Source: Candidatus Marinacidobacterales bacterium (GTDB lineage Bacteria; Acidobacteriota; Vicinamibacteria; Marinacidobacterales; SMYC01). From it: a stretch of DNA of 64,000 bases. Where the stretch lies: the NCBI GenBank assembly GCA_965224085.1, contig CBDCYI010000011.1, positions 576,001 through 640,000 on the forward strand. Reading direction: 5' to 3'. The position numbers and the translations under genes were made by a program. The stretch's first letter is position 1. Every line of letters begins with the position of its first letter. Shown here in pieces: positions 61,117 through 64,000 of the stretch. Below the pieces are notes generated by a model. It saw nothing but the letters and a program-made list of their open reading frames with translations, did no database searches and was not told where the DNA came from.

Positions 61117-61485
61117 TCATGTTTCGTGTTCCTTGAACACCGCTAGAGCGGTGCCTTGTCCGCTCGCGCCTGCGGCCCAGCCGGCGTAGTGCGCCACGTG
61201 GATCATGAGCTCGAGGATCTCGTCTTTCGTGAGCTTGTCCTCGCCCGTCAGGGCGCCGCGGATGTGCGATTTCAGTTGATCCGGCCGACCTTGCGCGGCG
61301 AGAAGTGCGAGGGTCACGAGCCGGCGATCGCGGATGGAGAGGCCGGGCCGCGTCCAGATCTTGGCGAAGAGGTGGTTGATAGAGGGCTCACGAATCCCTG
61401 TCAACGGTCGATCGGCGGGCTCCGGCTCGCCGAGAACTTTTTCGTACATTTCGACGCCGGCGGGGTCTTTTGGAAGTTCACTCAT
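61117..61485 (-). CDS. Carboxymuconolactone decarboxylase-family protein
   Basis: FAKIWTRPGLSIRDRRLVTLA, HIRGAL, HVAHYAGW. RBS AAGGAG. Confidence 0.88.
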   Translation of the reverse strand: MSELPKDPAGVEMYEKVLGEPEPADRPLTGIREPSINHLFAKIWTRPGLSIRDRRLVTLALLAAQGRPDQLKSHIRGALTGEDKLTKDEILELMIHVAHYAGWAAGASGQGTALAVFKEHET

Positions 61486-61839
61486 GGATAGTCTCCTTAG
61501 CAAAAACGCTTGGCTCGACTCTTTTACCCTGCCAAGGACTGCGATAGAGGATGCGAACAGGCTTCGTACCCATGGCGCTTATAAGCTCGACCACCGCCGG
61601 GCTGAATAAGTTGTCGTCGGCGTGTGGGCGAGTGATGGCCCGTCACCCGATCCCTCTCCCCAGAGCGGAGAGGGACAGCTCGAGCGACGAGGCAATGATG
61701 TCGATGCCACCTCGTCGGGGTCCAATAACGGCGACCTCACTCATGCCAGCTACACCAATGGCAGAGACAGTTTCGTAGGTGGCCTGCTTGGTCCCAGGCA
61801 CGCGGGTCATGCGGATTTGTTCGCACTCGTCGTCTTTTA

Positions 61840-62643
61840 TCACAGAAATTGATGGCCCTCGCAGTCGGCCGGATTTCGGAAAGGAAGGCGGATCGCTACG
61901 GACGTACCCCGGCCGGGCTTGCTGTCCACTTCGATACGCCCACCGTGGTCGTCGACGATCTTGTGAGCGAGGAACAGACCGAATCCCATTCTCACTCGCG
62001 ATTCCTGGCGGAAACCGAAATCGAAGATTTTTCTCACGACCTCCGGCGACATCCCCGATCCCGTATCAGTGATTCGTATCTCGGTATCGCCGTCCGTCAT
62101 GAGCGTCGTGATTTTGATGATGCCCTCGCGCTCGATCGCTTCGATGGCGTTTCGGATCACGTGCATGAACACCTGATTCATCTGAGCCGAGGCGCAGTAC
62201 AGACGGTCGATCGTGCCGCAGCTTCGCTCGAGGGTGATGCGAGCTCCGATCTTCGATTGCAGTAATGCCAGCGCACTCTCGATCCCCACGTGCACATCGA
62301 CGGTCTGATAGGTGGCCTGGTCGACGCGTGAGAAGCTCATCAAGCTGCCGACGATCGTTTCCACGCGATCCGTCGCGGTCGTGATGACTTCCGTGGAATC
62401 GGAAATGATGTCGATCACAGCGTCGAGTCCATTCGCTCGCGTAGTTTCTTCGGACACGGTTGCCTTCAGCTTCTTTGCCGCTTTGAGCACCGTGTCATGC
62501 CCAGCGGTGAGCGCACCCAGTGGTGTATTCAGCTCGTGCGCCACGCCTGCCACGAGATTGCCAAGCGACGCCATCCTCTCTTGCACGAGCATCCAGCACT
62601 CCAGCGCCCTCATCTTTTCGACGTAGCAAAGCCTCTCCTTCAT
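61840..62643 (-). CDS. Sensor histidine kinase core (HisKA plus HATPase), probably 5'-truncated
   Basis: ERMASLGNLVAGVAHELNTP, NQVF..VIRNA, DTGSG, IFD.GF, G.GL, GRGT. Confidence 0.85.
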   Translation of the reverse strand: MKERLCYVEKMRALECWMLVQERMASLGNLVAGVAHELNTPLGALTAGHDTVLKAAKKLKATVSEETTRANGLDAVIDIISDSTEVITTATDRVETIVGSLMSFSRVDQATYQTVDVHVGIESALALLQSKIGARITLERSCGTIDRLYCASAQMNQVFMHVIRNAIEAIEREGIIKITTLMTDGDTEIRITDTGSGMSPEVVRKIFDFGFRQESRVRMGFGLFLAHKIVDDHGGRIEVDSKPGRGTSVAIRLPFRNPADCEGHQFL

Positions 62644-62650
62644 CTCTTTC

Positions 62651-63010
62651 TCAAGCTTCGTGCGCCATCTGCGCCCGTCGCATCTTGCCAGAGAAAAGGT
62701 GGAATGCCAGCGAGAAGCCCTCGTCCTGCAGGTCCCGTTCGAAATCGAAATCCTCCGCGGCCAGGATCAATGGCTCGAGCGCAGCTCGCGTCACGATCTC
62801 GATGGCGACCCGGTAAGATCGCGGCAGTTGCACGAGCGCCTCGCCCTCGGTCAAGCGGATCAGATCCTCGCAGGTGAGGGTTTTGTCGAGCTCGAGCGCG
62901 GCATGCCCATGCAGAGCAGTGCAGTAGTGGTTGCCTGCCCGAGAGGAAATGTTGAAAAGAACGAGCTGCTTGAGCAGCATGGTAGGCGGTGGTTGTTCAC
63001 TTGAAATTTG
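62651..63010 (-). pseudogene. AhpD-like domain fragment truncated by IS256
   Basis: LKQLVLFNISSRAGNHYCTALH resembles the AhpD E-x-I...CxYC..H helix; the 5' end is replaced by the IS. Confidence 0.4.
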
Positions 63011-63083
63011 AAACGGCTCCCCCTCGAGTGGTTTGATGACGTTGTCAAAAAGCGAAATCAAGCCGCTCAAGAAAGGAGCCGAT

Positions 63084-64000
63084 ATGGGAAGTCTGCTACG
63101 AAGGGTCAAGAATCGCAAGAAGACGCGTCGTCTAGGTGAAGTAGAGGTCATGGAGCGTGAGGAATATCGGGAGCTGGAGGCGGACTCGAAGATCGAGATG
63201 ATCCGTGCGCTGGTACCTCTCGGCCTGATGCATGTTCACGAGTTGCTGGACGCGGAGGTCAGTGAGTTGGCGGGAGAGCGATACGCTCGGAAGTCGGAGA
63301 CGGTGCAAGGACGACGGCACGGGACGAATCCGGGGACGGTGAAACTCGCGGGTCAGCGAGTTCCGATCCGTGTTCCCCGTGTTCGCGGCTGCGAAGGAGA
63401 GATCCCGTTGAGTTCGTACGAGAGTCTGAGTCACGGCGGAGACGTTGATGAGCTGCTTCTACGACGAGTGCTCTACGGGATCTCGTGCCGCAACTACGAG
63501 TCGGCGGCGGAATCGGTCCCAGGCGCGATCGGTCTATCGAGTTCGACGGTTTCGCGAGGCTTCGTCGAAGCAAGCGCAGCGAAGCTGCGTGAGATGCAGG
63601 AGCGTGATCTCTCCGGTGAGGACGTGGTGGCAATGGTCCTGGACGGCAAGACGTTCGCCGACGCGACGATGGTCGTGGCTCTAGCATCACGTTATCCGGG
63701 GACAAACGCTTTCTCGGCTTTGTTGAGACGGACACCGAGAACGCGCGGGTTCTCAGGCCGTTCCTGCGCTCATTGGTCGAGCGGGGTCTCGATATCTCTG
63801 AAGGGTTGCTGGTGGTCATCGACGGCAGCAAGGGTTTGCGAGGAGCCGTGCTGAAGGCCTTTCGCAAGCGGGTTGTCGTGGGCCGTTGCCAGTGGCACAA
63901 ACGAGAGAATGTCGTGAGCTATTTGTCCAAGAGCGAGCAGTCGTTGTGGCGCAAGCGGCTGCAGAGAGCGTACGGCCGCCCGACGCACAAGGAGGCGCTT
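63084..64000 (+). mobile_element. IS256-family transposase (frameshift ~63685; runs off the window)
   Basis: LDAEV.ELAGERYAR, RVPRVR, GISCRNY, GLSSSTVSR, LDG, IDGSKGL, RCQWHKREN. RBS AAGGAG. Confidence 0.9.

Noticed and set aside
61540-61843. Small minus-strand ORF after the histidine kinase
   Set aside because: No recognisable motif and an internal stop; left unannotated.
1-64000. tRNA, rRNA or defence systems
   Set aside because: None recognised by eye; tRNAscan or Infernal would be needed to exclude small RNAs.

Overview
GC-rich bacterial window, probably Acidobacteriota. This is an inference from the gene families: a carboxypeptidase-regulatory-domain TonB-dependent receptor, a GWxTD protein, an ADOP-type permease, VPS10-like repeat proteins and beta-propeller amidohydrolases. 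About 1-44 kb is a dense cluster of exported hydrolases and uptake genes: 1 TonB-dependent receptor, 4 S9 peptidases, 6 amidohydrolases, 3 VPS10/BNR-repeat proteins, a DAACS symporter and a threonine-synthase-like PLP enzyme. About 46-64 kb is heavily eroded, with internally deleted, fused and truncated genes, including a collapsed quinohemoprotein amine dehydrogenase locus and IS remnants. The best-supported unusual object is a 2,639-bp IS110-family element (50418-53056, minus strand) that splits an amidohydrolase gene. The sequence alone gives both ends, the 2-bp core, a circle-junction promoter and a bridge-RNA-like segment whose guides match the element ends and this insertion site. Unlike compact IS110 elements, it carries two co-oriented accessory genes and a hairpin-repeat leader between its left end and the bridge RNA. 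Many single-base frameshifts suggest consensus errors, so pseudogene calls need read-level checks. No database searches were run; all product calls come from motif recognition.
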